From: Promethearchaeota archaeon | GTDB taxonomy: Archaea > Asgardarchaeota > Lokiarchaeia > Sigyniarchaeales > SOKP01 | Length of the DNA: 64,000 nt | Assembly (NCBI GenBank): GCA_048938855.1 | Contig: JBHLLT010000001.1 | Location: forward strand, 448,124 to 512,123 | Direction: 5' to 3' | Shown here: piece by piece, positions 45,653 through 56,503 of the stretch | Position numbering within the stretch: position 1 is the first letter of the stretch | How the letters are laid out: every line of letters starts with the position of its first letter | Position numbers and translations under genes: made by a program | Notes under the pieces: model-generated | Told to the model about the DNA's origin: nothing | Databases searched by the model: none | What the model saw: only the letters and a program-made list of their open reading frames with translations

Positions 45653-48424
45653 TCATCTTCTTAATTTCTTATATTTAATATGCTTATTTTTAAAATACAA
45701 TACAATTCCAATTGGTGCAAGTATGGGTAAAACGTAGAATAATACGAGATTTAAATTTGATAATTGAATAGAAATTTCAAAATAAAACAGAGCAATATCG
45801 TCATTTTCACTATCTTTTAACTCAACTCTATATTTTTTTACCCCAAATTCGTATGGATTAATAGTAGGTATTATAGTGGTTGTTATTGTGTTCTTCCCAG
45901 TAATAAGTTGATCAATATTAGTTGTTCGTTTTACGTTGTTTATATATAATGAAAATTCTTCAGCATTTATTTGATTGTTTTGGATTATAATAATTAAATA
46001 AGCTGAATCTCCTTGGGGTATTGTATCAGGAAAACTAGCACTTATAATTTCAAATCTCGGTACTATTTCAACGTTAAAGATTTTTGAGTAAAATATTGTG
46101 TTATTTATTGAAATTTCCATTTTTAATGTAATTGTATTATTTGATATTGTATCCAGAGTCTTTATATAATATATTACCGTTCTTCTTTCATTCTTGTTTA
46201 ATGTCTCCTCTTGAATGAAATTTTGGATGGACTTTTCTGTAATCCCTTTAAAACTTACATTTAAAGACTGGGTTGCATTTGGGAGAAAATTTTTCAATGT
46301 CATAGATAGGAATATGTTATCTCCTTTAACTACAGAGTCTTGATAAAGAAAATTGCTATAGTCAAATGAATATCCAATTTCTACTATTCTTAATATCTCT
46401 AAATATATTATATTGTCTTTTTGTATCCTGAAGTATATTTCACTATTTCCTGGTTCTGCTCCAAATTTAGCTGTAAGGTTAAAATTGATTTGGACTTGTT
46501 GAGAAACTGTAAAATTAATTATTTGTGAAGGATAATTAACTATATCTTGCCCTATTAAGGAGGCTGTTAGTGTCAAATCTTCGTTACGGGAATAGTTAAT
46601 GGTTATAGATACATTAACAATTGGTCCATGATATAAAATTCGTGGCACACCTTTGATTGAATCACTAATCAACCCAGACGTAACATTGAATAACTTAATA
46701 GTGTCAGTTAATTTGAAATAAGTTGTATTAGCCCATAAGTATATATAGTATCCATCATTTATAGGCAATGCTTCCGTTATATTATATAAAAGCGTATAAG
46801 AGGTTTCAGGATCTCCAATAAAATCTTCAAATTCATAAAAGAATGTTCCATTTGGGTACTTGAAGATATAATTAATTGTAAAGTTTGTAATATCATATCG
46901 TATTCTATATCTTCCATAAGAGTCATTATTTGGATTGAAGAATTGTCCTGTCTTTTTAAATGAAAATACGGATGTTATATTCAAAACATCTTGGTTAAAT
47001 ATAAAATTCGGTCTTTCTTCTGATACATTAAAAAATGAGAATAATCTTGTGCTATTATAGATCTTGAAAGCATCTAAGTATGTTTCACCTAATTTAAGAT
47101 TGGAGTGAAAAGATTTTGTTGAATTTGTTAAATTAAAATTATACGCTTTATTAGAGGTATCATATAAATTACTTTCAATTGAATTGTATATTTCTAATGC
47201 TCTATTGTAATAGTTTATATTTCCTGTGACTTCGAATAACTTCAAACATGCACTCATCATCAGACTGTTATCTTTAAGATCCTTAGTATGGTCAAATATT
47301 GTACTCCATCCTGGAGTAGCAATTTTTTTATATAATCCATTATCATATAAAAATTCAAGACTATTATAAAGATCAATTGCATTTTGATAATAAATTGAAT
47401 CATTTGACATGCCTGATTCAATCCAAAAATCTAATAGCGTTATTATACCTAATGCATTTGTACTTAGATGATAGTATTTTTGTCCAGCAATAGATGTATC
47501 CCAATTCTGATTTGCATCATGATAGAACGCTTTATCAGATGAATCCCACATATATCCCTTGTCAACCATGTCAATCATTGTTAGATTTGCTAGTTCAAAC
47601 GCACGATCTCGAATTGTTGGTGCTAAACCTAGATTTACATAAGTTCTATGAATCAAAAGGTTTGCTAGAATTGCATAAAAATTACTTTCCGAATATTTTG
47701 TATTTGAAGAATTATACTGATAAAATCCATTGTAAGTTAACCTAGCATCCCAAAATTGAGAAGAATTTATTAAGTAGAACATTTCATTAATTGATTGCCT
47801 CGGAGTTGTACCTCTGAGAGTAAAACTATTGATATCATCGCCAATGTTTTCAATTAAAAGGAAAATTGGCATTAAGTTATCAATTAAATATCTATCGTCA
47901 TTTTTAATGGCACCTGTAATATTATCTATTGATTTTACAAAACCATATTTATATTCATTTACATTGCCCTCGTACCATAAAGTCGTATCTTTTAAATCTA
48001 AGTAAGTTTGATATGTTTCAACGTCATTTAGTTCCATTTGCATCAATGATTTATAATATAGTAAATTGTCTTCTGAAAAAATTGTACCATCAATAATATC
48101 ACCATTGGTATCTCCATATCTATAATATAATGGTACAGAAAAACCTAAATTTGATCGATAAGAGTGTTCAAAAAAATTTCTTAAGTCATCAAAATTTTTC
48201 GTAAATGGATCCTGAAGTATTGAAATTGGAGTATTTGTTTGTAAATCATCAATGATAGAATCATTACTGATATCATTTGAAGATGTCAATTCATGATTGG
48301 GAGAGGTAATAAATAAGTAATTAAGTAAAAAAATAAATGTAAGGGTTAAACAAATAAGTATTTTTAGACTTTGCTTTTTTTGGTTTTTCCTCTTACCCAA
48401 ATCTGATAAATTCGAAAATTTCAT
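45653..48424 (-). CDS. Large membrane-anchored surface protein: six-hairpin (alpha/alpha toroid) glycosidase-like domain plus Ig-like domains
   Basis: N- and C-terminal TM; recurring motifs RYLIDNL, KYSESNFYA, YHLSTNAL, KDLKDNSL, KSFHSNL; beta-rich C-terminal half. Confidence 0.6.
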   Translation of the reverse strand: MKFSNLSDLGKRKNQKKQSLKILICLTLTFIFLLNYLFITSPNHELTSSNDISNDSIIDDLQTNTPISILQDPFTKNFDDLRNFFEHSYRSNLGFSVPLYYRYGDTNGDIIDGTIFSEDNLLYYKSLMQMELNDVETYQTYLDLKDTTLWYEGNVNEYKYGFVKSIDNITGAIKNDDRYLIDNLMPIFLLIENIGDDINSFTLRGTTPRQSINEMFYLINSSQFWDARLTYNGFYQYNSSNTKYSESNFYAILANLLIHRTYVNLGLAPTIRDRAFELANLTMIDMVDKGYMWDSSDKAFYHDANQNWDTSIAGQKYYHLSTNALGIITLLDFWIESGMSNDSIYYQNAIDLYNSLEFLYDNGLYKKIATPGWSTIFDHTKDLKDNSLMMSACLKLFEVTGNINYYNRALEIYNSIESNLYDTSNKAYNFNLTNSTKSFHSNLKLGETYLDAFKIYNSTRLFSFFNVSEERPNFIFNQDVLNITSVFSFKKTGQFFNPNNDSYGRYRIRYDITNFTINYIFKYPNGTFFYEFEDFIGDPETSYTLLYNITEALPINDGYYIYLWANTTYFKLTDTIKLFNVTSGLISDSIKGVPRILYHGPIVNVSITINYSRNEDLTLTASLIGQDIVNYPSQIINFTVSQQVQINFNLTAKFGAEPGNSEIYFRIQKDNIIYLEILRIVEIGYSFDYSNFLYQDSVVKGDNIFLSMTLKNFLPNATQSLNVSFKGITEKSIQNFIQEETLNKNERRTVIYYIKTLDTISNNTITLKMEISINNTIFYSKIFNVEIVPRFEIISASFPDTIPQGDSAYLIIIIQNNQINAEEFSLYINNVKRTTNIDQLITGKNTITTTIIPTINPYEFGVKKYRVELKDSENDDIALFYFEISIQLSNLNLVLFYVLPILAPIGIVLYFKNKHIKYKKLRR

Positions 48425-48637
48425 TTTTATTAATTATAATTATCAAATAAATGTTTACTGAGGTTAAATTATAATGTAAAAAAATCCTTCTCTTTAAAAT
48501 TTTTTCTGACTGTTTTCAATAGATCACAATATATATCAAGTGTTCAAAATACGATTCTTCGCTTATAATTATAAATTTCTAAAACGTATATAAATAACGT
48601 TGATTTGAACTTTTCAAAATAAGATTTTTAAAAAAAC

Positions 48638-50134
48638 TTAGAAAGATCTAATTCTTTTTTTTAATATTTCGACAAGGTTGTCTATTTTGACTCTTTCTTG
48701 TTTCATCGAATCTCTAAATCTTAGAGTAACTGTATCATCCTCTAAAGAATCATAATCAACTGTTATACAAAATATTGTACCAATTTCATCTTGCCTTCGA
48801 TATCTTTTTCCTATGGAACCTGCTATATCATAAAAAGAGTTGATACGATTTTCTAATAATTTTCTATGAACTTTTAATGCTAAACCTCGAATTTCTTCTT
48901 TATTTTTAACGAGAGGGAAGACTGCTACTGTATTAGGAGCTAAAATAGGGATTAATTTCAGATTTATTCTTTCTTCTTCTACGTAAAATGAGGTTTCAAG
49001 TAATGTATAAATAATTCTGTCAATTCCAAAAGCGATTTCTAAAACTTGTGGAATCTCTTTAACATTTGAATCAGAAGTCATATTCACCTCAAAATTTTGC
49101 TTAGAAAATTCTGCATGTCTTCTTAAATCATAATCTGTCCTATCGTGAACCCCACATATTTCAACCCATCCAAATTGTTTTGTCTTTATTTCCAAATCCC
49201 ATGCATCATCAGCATAATGAGCTCGTTCATTCATTGAATGCTGCCGAAATCTAATAGATTCTTCTGGGATCCCCAGAATTTTAGTTAAATAGTAGCTAAT
49301 ATAAATGCAATATGCGAAAGCTGGCTTCTTTACAATATTAGTTTTTATTGCTTTCTCAAGCGAAAATATTTGAGGTGCATCAATTTTCTTTTCTTGTAGT
49401 TCCCAATTTAATAATGGAACAGATTTCTCTTTAAATTCATAATATTCTTCAAATTGCATTTCTTGATCTTTACTTATGAACATCTGTAGTTCAAATTGAT
49501 CAAATGCCCTCATTCGAAGAACTCCTTGTCGTGGAGAAATTTCATTTCTATAAGCTTTTCCAAACTGATAAACTTTAATAGGATATTGCCTTCTTGCATC
49601 CTGATCTAAACGATTAAATAATAAGTAAGTCGTTGTGGCAGTTTCAGGCCTTAAATATGCGGTTATATCATTTCCAACTTTTGTTTTTAACATCAAATTG
49701 TATTCTTCGATTTTGTTAAAAGGAGCATCACATTTTGGACATACTAAATTGTTTTTATGTATGATTTTCTCCATCTCCTGAAATGATAGACCATCTATCA
49801 TTAGATCTGGAAGCTTTTCTTGAAGAAATTTATCAGCTCTATAGAGAGTATTACATTTATTACATTTAATAACGGGGTCAATAAAGCGTTCTAAATGTCC
49901 AGATGCTATCCATACAATTTCAGGTAATATCGTTGGACATTCAACCTCTCCAAACCCAAAATAACGTAATTCTCGTCGTAATAAATTTAATATATTATTT
50001 TTAAGAGCCATGCCAGCGGGGCCATATGAATAAAACCCTGCTAGGCCACCATAGATTTCTGGCGAAGGTCCCCAAATAAAACCTCTTCTCTTTAATAGAG
50101 AGTTAAAAGTATCAATATTATCTTCGATTTTCAT
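48638..50134 (-). CDS. glyS: Glycine--tRNA ligase (homodimeric type)
   Basis: RRGF, EIYGG, YLRPETA, GKAYRNEISPR, RAHYA, DRTDYDL, SIGKRYRRQDEIGT. Confidence 0.96.
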   Translation of the reverse strand: MKIEDNIDTFNSLLKRRGFIWGPSPEIYGGLAGFYSYGPAGMALKNNILNLLRRELRYFGFGEVECPTILPEIVWIASGHLERFIDPVIKCNKCNTLYRADKFLQEKLPDLMIDGLSFQEMEKIIHKNNLVCPKCDAPFNKIEEYNLMLKTKVGNDITAYLRPETATTTYLLFNRLDQDARRQYPIKVYQFGKAYRNEISPRQGVLRMRAFDQFELQMFISKDQEMQFEEYYEFKEKSVPLLNWELQEKKIDAPQIFSLEKAIKTNIVKKPAFAYCIYISYYLTKILGIPEESIRFRQHSMNERAHYADDAWDLEIKTKQFGWVEICGVHDRTDYDLRRHAEFSKQNFEVNMTSDSNVKEIPQVLEIAFGIDRIIYTLLETSFYVEEERINLKLIPILAPNTVAVFPLVKNKEEIRGLALKVHRKLLENRINSFYDIAGSIGKRYRRQDEIGTIFCITVDYDSLEDDTVTLRFRDSMKQERVKIDNLVEILKKRIRSF

Positions 50135-50305
50135 TTTACAAGGACTATAAAAGTTTGAATCTTATCCTCAATTTTCATATATGTTAAAAAGTGTATTATA
50201 CTATTTGTATTTTCAGATATTACAAGCAAATTAAAATAAATTTTTATAATAGGAATATAATAATATTATTATATTTTTTATTAAAACTAAAATCAAAATT
50301 GATAA

Positions 50306-51169
50306 ATGATGTTATTTCAAGATTTCCAATATTTCGACTTCTGGGATGCCCTTGAGTTTGGCCTTTATTTTGTTATCGTTGGTTATTTTTTTCTCTTGTT
50401 TTTCTACTTCCTATTCATGCGATATAGAACATCAAAGAAACCTTATTGGTTATTTTTTAGTTTATTCTTTTTATGTTTCGGGATTGCACGTGTATTTTTC
50501 ATAATTTATTATTTTTTCGCTCCAGAAATATGGGATGGAGCAACTAATGGACCAGAGGTTGTAGCTTTTCTTATGATAAATTATAGATTAGCAACATTTT
50601 TTACATGGGTTGGAGTTGCTTGTGCTGTAGGAGTATTGGGTATTTTACTATTTCCAACTGATACACAAATCGAAGAAGAAGAAAATAAAGGAAAATCTTT
50701 CGTAACATGGTTTAGAAACAGTAATAATCTCAAACTTTTTGTCCGTTATGCGTTAATCGTCATTCCAATTATTATAGGGATTCTTGCTTTAACATTATCT
50801 GAGGGGCTTTTTATGGATCCTGATTTTCCATCACATTATGGTGTACCTGATAATATTATTAGAATAATTGTAGGAACTTGGGAATATCCTCTTGGTAGAT
50901 TTCTATTAAATTTCATTTTTATGCCGTTGTTTCTCGTATTAATTCCATTTATCTTTCTTTATCTCGCATGGAAAACTTTTGGTGTACTAAGAAAATCGTA
51001 TGCTTTAAATGCTATTGGTTTTCTTATCTATTTTATAGGGGGAAGAATACTTCAAGGAGCACTTGATGTACTTTCCCTACCTCATGTAAGAGCAATTTTA
51101 CCGCCTTTACTAATTCTATTAGCACTCCTTATCTTAGTAATAGCTAATAACTATGAACAACTTAAATGA
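50306..51169 (+). CDS. Seven-TM membrane protein of unknown function
   Basis: Seven hydrophobic segments counted by eye; no soluble output domain. Confidence 0.65.
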   Translation: MMLFQDFQYFDFWDALEFGLYFVIVGYFFLLFFYFLFMRYRTSKKPYWLFFSLFFLCFGIARVFFIIYYFFAPEIWDGATNGPEVVAFLMINYRLATFFTWVGVACAVGVLGILLFPTDTQIEEEENKGKSFVTWFRNSNNLKLFVRYALIVIPIIIGILALTLSEGLFMDPDFPSHYGVPDNIIRIIVGTWEYPLGRFLLNFIFMPLFLVLIPFIFLYLAWKTFGVLRKSYALNAIGFLIYFIGGRILQGALDVLSLPHVRAILPPLLILLALLILVIANNYEQLK

Positions 51170-51383
51170 TTCTATTTTTCTTATTTATAATGATATTTTA
51201 ACGCAATTATAATTCTTAGAACTCCTTTAAATTATTTTTTTATTAATAGTAATTTTTGTCTTTTTACTAGTTTTTAAGAACTCTTTTAAAAAAAAGATTA
51301 AAAATTTAAAACTGAAGATCTTTACAATTAATATATTTGAATTAATTAATAAAGAAAAGAATTAAAAATTCAAGGAAAGATCC

Positions 51384-53018
51384 ATGACAGTCCACGGAAA
51401 TCAATATCTTTTACCATTATTTATTAGAAAAAACTCACGTCCCCTTTCAATGCAGGAGAATGACGAGTTAACTCTTGCTTTTTATTTATTATCAAAAAAT
51501 TTAGAAAAAAATAGTAGAGTAATTTCTTTTTCAGGGTTACTTTGGCCAATTTTAAGTATTCAAGGAGTTATAAGTACCCATATCATGTTAGATGGATTGA
51601 ATTTATTAAAAAATTTAGGACGCTTTTCTAATCCTCCTCGACAACCTTTAATAGGTCATATTCTTAGAAATATTGATAATAGAACTCAAGTTGAGCAATT
51701 AGACTTATTAAGTGATGTCTTAACGTATAAAGACAAAGAAGCTGAAGAGATTGGAGAGGGAGAAGAATCTGAATTTCATACTCTTAAAATAGATGGATTA
51801 ATTAACCCAGATTTTCTTCAAACATTATTATCAATTATTCCCTTAATTGAATATAAACCCATTTCAGATTATACTGTATTAGATGTGAGTATTTCTACAG
51901 AAAATGCATTATCTCTCTCAGAAGAATACCGACAAATAATCAATACGATGAAAGGAAATGCCTATAGGTGGAAAACTCAAATTGAATTAATAGAAAAGGA
52001 AGTAAGTAAATGGCTTATTGATTTAAATGTTCAATTAAAGGATATAGATACAAGATATTCAAGTCAAATTTCTAAAGCCACTATATCTATTGATACTCAT
52101 CAGGTAGATGAACAAACAAAATTGGAACAGGATAAAATAGATCAATGGAACGTTAATGAAAAGAAGAGAATAATTGAAAACATCTCCACATTTTTCAAAA
52201 CATTTGAGCGAGAGCTTGAAGAAATAATTAAAAAGAATAGATTTTTTACTAGTGATGATTCTTTAAAAAGTAAAGTTTTTGAGGATCTAATACCTCATTT
52301 TGAAAATCAATTTAATTATTTAACAACCGAATGCCAGAGATTTTCAGAAACCCTTACAACACTTAAACAAAAATTTTATGAATTAACGGCACGTGCTTCT
52401 CAAATAGACGATGAAGCGACCCAAAAATTGCAGCAATTTAAGGATTCTTTACAAATAAAATTAAAAGATAGAGATAAACAGTTATCTGAATTCCAAAGTG
52501 AAAAGCAAGTTAAGTTATCCGAGCTACAGAATTTGAAAACTCAAATAGAAACTAGATTTGAAACTATTAAACAGATTATTCAGAGAAAGCAAAATATATG
52601 TTTACAAGAAGCACAAGCATTAACTAGATGGTCTCTTAATGATAATCAATCAGATCTATTTTCAAGACCTATACAATGGATTTATATGCCCGTTTATGCT
52701 ATGTTTATTGAAAATGAAGATAACATGGAAGAATATATGAATATATTATTTCCAGGGTTTATAACAACTGACCCTAATAATATCTATGAAGATATTTCAG
52801 CTACTTTTGTTAGTTTAAAGAATATGTTAAAGAATAAAATGGAGAATGATATGGCTATTCGATCAAATTTTGAATTTTCATGCGAAAGGAAAAATCTAAG
52901 AAAAGATCCAAACATAATAAAGAGATTACAACTGGGAATTTCAGTGTTAAGGGAAAAGGGACTATTAAATGAGGATAGTGAGAATCTAATTCGAGAAAAT
53001 CTAAATCTTATAAAATAA
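51384..53018 (+). CDS. Long coiled-coil protein with globular ends
   Basis: Central E/K/Q-rich heptad region of about 230 aa, flanked by LLWPIL and IYMPVYA strands. Confidence 0.7.
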   Translation: MTVHGNQYLLPLFIRKNSRPLSMQENDELTLAFYLLSKNLEKNSRVISFSGLLWPILSIQGVISTHIMLDGLNLLKNLGRFSNPPRQPLIGHILRNIDNRTQVEQLDLLSDVLTYKDKEAEEIGEGEESEFHTLKIDGLINPDFLQTLLSIIPLIEYKPISDYTVLDVSISTENALSLSEEYRQIINTMKGNAYRWKTQIELIEKEVSKWLIDLNVQLKDIDTRYSSQISKATISIDTHQVDEQTKLEQDKIDQWNVNEKKRIIENISTFFKTFERELEEIIKKNRFFTSDDSLKSKVFEDLIPHFENQFNYLTTECQRFSETLTTLKQKFYELTARASQIDDEATQKLQQFKDSLQIKLKDRDKQLSEFQSEKQVKLSELQNLKTQIETRFETIKQIIQRKQNICLQEAQALTRWSLNDNQSDLFSRPIQWIYMPVYAMFIENEDNMEEYMNILFPGFITTDPNNIYEDISATFVSLKNMLKNKMENDMAIRSNFEFSCERKNLRKDPNIIKRLQLGISVLREKGLLNEDSENLIRENLNLIK

Positions 53019-53042
53019 TTTCGAACGTTTAAGTTTTGTATC

Positions 53043-53726
53043 ATGTCACAACCAAAATTAGAACGCAAGCGAAGATTGGATCTAAAAAAAAGAAAGATAA
53101 GGGCATTTTTTTTATCAATCGAAACAAAGAAAAAACAAGATGAAGAAGTTGACAAGAAATCAGAGGAGCTTTACCAAGATGGCATGGTTTATATCCAAAT
53201 GAGACTTCCTGTTGATAAAATCACAACAGAATTTGAAACAAAATTAAAAGAAAAAATTGAACATAATATTGTTAAAGCTAATATTAGAGAAGCTACTAAT
53301 GAAGATCTTGACAGCCTAAAGCATATTTATAATCGGGCTTGGTTGACTTCAAATACTCCTTTCCGTCCTATAACTAAGACAGACCTAAAAAAAATACTTG
53401 AATATCCAGAAACTGTCTTTCTTATTGGGAAAATATATGGAACAGATGCTTCTTTTCTACTTCTAGATTTTGAAGGAGAAAATAAAGAATTTGCTATTAT
53501 AGCAGCTTTAGCAGTTATCCCTAGATTTCAAAGAAGAGGGGTTGGTACCATTTTAGGGATGGCTAGTTGGCAGTACCTAAAAGAACACTTTCCAAATGTA
53601 AAAGAAGTCAGATGTGAAGTATATAAAGATAATAAAGTATCTTATTCGTTCATAAAAGGTTTAGGATTTGAAGAATATGATACCAAGATTTATAAAAAGG
53701 AAGATTTTGAAATTCAAGAACAATAA
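53043..53726 (+). CDS. GNAT family N-acetyltransferase
   Basis: IREAT, LAVIPRFQRRGVGT (motif A), NKVSYSFIKGLGF. Confidence 0.88.
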   Translation: MSQPKLERKRRLDLKKRKIRAFFLSIETKKKQDEEVDKKSEELYQDGMVYIQMRLPVDKITTEFETKLKEKIEHNIVKANIREATNEDLDSLKHIYNRAWLTSNTPFRPITKTDLKKILEYPETVFLIGKIYGTDASFLLLDFEGENKEFAIIAALAVIPRFQRRGVGTILGMASWQYLKEHFPNVKEVRCEVYKDNKVSYSFIKGLGFEEYDTKIYKKEDFEIQEQ

Positions 53727-53730
53727 TTAT

Positions 53731-55152
53731 CTAATTTTCTAATGATTTGATTTTTTCAGTTATTAAATTCAGATTGTATTCATCCTGAATATTTTGATAA
53801 AAGTTACGAGCTCTCTCAAAATACGATAAAGCGGTTTCAATCATTCTTTTATTAACATATATATCCCCCAATTTTTGAAGAATAACAGCACTTTCTTTAT
53901 AATATTCAGATTCTTCATAGATTTCTAATGCTTCTTCAAAAAAATTTATAGTGTATGTTGTATCTTCTTCATATTCTAAATATATTTTCCCAATTTTATA
54001 TTTAAGTTCTGCACTTTTAATATTATCTCCGAATTTATAAAAAATTTCACGAGATAAATCATAATATTCAATAGCTCGCTTAAATTCTCCATTTGATAAG
54101 TATAATTCCGCCAAATTTTCTAAAATTTCACCTTCTTTAATGTTATCACCAATTTCAAAAGCACGAACAGCTTCAAGACTTTGTAAAAATAGATCTTCTG
54201 CTTTAGTATTATTATCTCTTAAATGGTAAATTTTGCCAAGGTATAAATAACATTCCCATTCTAATTTTGCCTTTATATAAACAGAAATATTTTCCCCTAA
54301 TGCATCAACTAATTCTAATGCTTTAGTTAAATGATTATATGACTCTTCATAATCTTCATCCATCAAATAATGCAATTTCCCATATTTTATCTCTGTTTGT
54401 ATAATTCCATAGATATCTTCTTTTTCTTTAAAGAACTCAAGATTTCTTTCTAATATTTTTCTTATTCGATCATAGTTTTTTAATAGATAAAGAACTTCAA
54501 CCAAATTGCTAGAGGATTTTATCTCATCAAATATCAAATTTTCCTGTTTAGAAAGTTTAAAAGCTTTCTGATAATATTGATAAGAATTCTCTAAATCCTT
54601 AAGTAAGAAATATATATTGCCCAAATTGTTGAGTATTTTAATTATTTTCGAATAATCTTCTAATTTTTCTAGAATTTCGAGAGATCTATTAAAATGATAA
54701 ATTGCTTGATCAAAAAGACCATTATCTTCATTTATTATTCCTAGTTCGTTGTGACATATAGCCTCATTAAGCAAATCATTCTCATCTCTAAAAATTTTTA
54801 ATGCAGATTCAAGGTTTTTTGAGGCATTTGTTAAATCTCTCTTTTTATAATATAATCCTGATTTTTCTAAAAATAATGTTCCTGAGATTGGTTCTCCAAG
54901 GATTTCTTTACGCTCTATGGTTTCATCAATTTTTTTTATTTTTTGATCTATTTCTTCATCCTCTATTATAGTTGTTTCGTATTCTTGTTCATCTTCTTCC
55001 ACATCTAAGTGATAAATCTCTGATTCATCATAGGGAAATCTCACATTTCCATTTAATGGGTCTTCAAGGTTCACGAGTAATGGTTTATTACAATTTCTAC
55101 AATATGACCAATTTTCTTGAATAGGATTGTTACAGTATGGGCATGATTTCAT
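53731..55152 (-). CDS. Zinc ribbon + tetratricopeptide repeat protein
   Basis: CPYC...CRNC, acidic linker, about 9 TPR-like repeats (NNLGNIY, AIEYY). Confidence 0.85.
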   Translation of the reverse strand: MKSCPYCNNPIQENWSYCRNCNKPLLVNLEDPLNGNVRFPYDESEIYHLDVEEDEQEYETTIIEDEEIDQKIKKIDETIERKEILGEPISGTLFLEKSGLYYKKRDLTNASKNLESALKIFRDENDLLNEAICHNELGIINEDNGLFDQAIYHFNRSLEILEKLEDYSKIIKILNNLGNIYFLLKDLENSYQYYQKAFKLSKQENLIFDEIKSSSNLVEVLYLLKNYDRIRKILERNLEFFKEKEDIYGIIQTEIKYGKLHYLMDEDYEESYNHLTKALELVDALGENISVYIKAKLEWECYLYLGKIYHLRDNNTKAEDLFLQSLEAVRAFEIGDNIKEGEILENLAELYLSNGEFKRAIEYYDLSREIFYKFGDNIKSAELKYKIGKIYLEYEEDTTYTINFFEEALEIYEESEYYKESAVILQKLGDIYVNKRMIETALSYFERARNFYQNIQDEYNLNLITEKIKSLEN

Positions 55153-55300
55153 AAGTGAAGAAACTCTTGGCGATATTAAAGACTTTTAATAAAGAAATGA
55201 AAATAACGTTATTTATTTTTAATCACTATCTATTTGAAGATTAATATTACTAATCCTTTCCAAAATATATGAATAATTGAGAATTTTCAACCAAAATATT

Positions 55301-56017
55301 CTACTTTATTCCTCTAATTAGAGGTACTGCATCATAAATTTGATGTATTTCATAATCAGGTTGAATTTTTTTCAATTTTGGAGAATTCGAATCATTTATC
55401 CATATTGTTAACATATTACTCTCTTGAGCTCCCTTAATATCTGTTTCCAACAGATCTCCAATATGAATTGCATTTTGTGGTTTGCATTTGATTTTATTTA
55501 AAGCTGTTTCAAACATGATAGGGTTAGGTTTATAAAAACCTGTTTCATCTGAGAAAATTGTAAATTTGAAATATTTATCAATATTATAATTGACGAAGAT
55601 TTTCCTAATGACATGACCAGGAGTAATTCCTGTATTTGAAATTAACCCAATATTATAAGTCTCTGATAAATCCTGAAGTGTTCTTTTCACACCAATCTTC
55701 AAGAAAGGAGGATCGTGCAACATTATTTCTTCAAATTGTATTTCAATTTTCTTACTATGAGATTGAGTGATATTAATATTCAGAGCTTGTAGTAATCTTG
55801 AAATTCGCTCACGTGTATATATATGACGATAGTTAATATCTTTCAAATTTCCATCCGATAAATGGAAAGTTTTATTAAATGCGTTGTTAACAGCTTTGAG
55901 CGAATATGATATCTGATTTTTTGTTAAATATTGAGTAAAATAATATAACCTTAAATCCTTATACGATTTGTTTTCAAATAATGTATTCCATAGATCAAAA
56001 GTAACTAATTTTATCAT
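55301..56017 (-). CDS. HAD family hydrolase
   Basis: FDLWNTL, ISNT, KP, HIGDLLETDIKGA. Confidence 0.9.
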   Translation of the reverse strand: MIKLVTFDLWNTLFENKSYKDLRLYYFTQYLTKNQISYSLKAVNNAFNKTFHLSDGNLKDINYRHIYTRERISRLLQALNINITQSHSKKIEIQFEEIMLHDPPFLKIGVKRTLQDLSETYNIGLISNTGITPGHVIRKIFVNYNIDKYFKFTIFSDETGFYKPNPIMFETALNKIKCKPQNAIHIGDLLETDIKGAQESNMLTIWINDSNSPKLKKIQPDYEIHQIYDAVPLIRGIK

Positions 56018-56190
56018 CTTCTCTACAATTCTTAAAATATTTGATAATTTATTACATTTTTAGGAGCATCTTTCTTTAAGTATTATCAGGATTTTTTTAC
56101 ATTTTAGTAAAATTTATATTCTCAATTTACTTAATATTTTCAATTCAAAGATAGTAAATCCAATTTATTAATTGAAATGGAGGTAAAATT

Positions 56191-56496
56191 ATGCCCAAAT
56201 TTTTAGTTATACATCCTATACCCAGAAATGTAATGGAAGGGATGAGTGAAATACCACCTGAAGAGAATAAGCAAATCATCGAATTACGTTCCTATTGTTC
56301 TATTGATGCATATTGGATTAAGTCATTCTATGTCCCAGAATTAGAAAAATTATTCTGTGAATGGAATGCAAAAGATACTGAAACAATCAAAGAAGCACTC
56401 GATAAAGTTGAATGGCTCGCAACAGAAGGAATTTATGAGATGAGTGTAATAGAAGCAGAAGACTTCAGGGAAAAAGTACAGGAAATAACAGTTTGA
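56191..56496 (+). CDS. DUF4242-like small protein
   Basis: MPKFLVIH, WIKSFY, KLFCEWNAKD.E.I; strong GGAGGT RBS. Confidence 0.6.
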   Translation: MPKFLVIHPIPRNVMEGMSEIPPEENKQIIELRSYCSIDAYWIKSFYVPELEKLFCEWNAKDTETIKEALDKVEWLATEGIYEMSVIEAEDFREKVQEITV

Positions 56497-56503
56497 TTTA
56501 TTA

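Noticed and set aside
43969-45680. Dilysine ER-retrieval motifs on the surface-protein tails (RKIKRKL, YKKLRR)
   Set aside because: The lysines are not at canonical -3/-4 or -3/-5 positions; the positive-inside rule explains them
51384-53018. SMC/Rad50 assignment
   Set aside because: No Walker A/B, ABC signature, hinge or zinc hook
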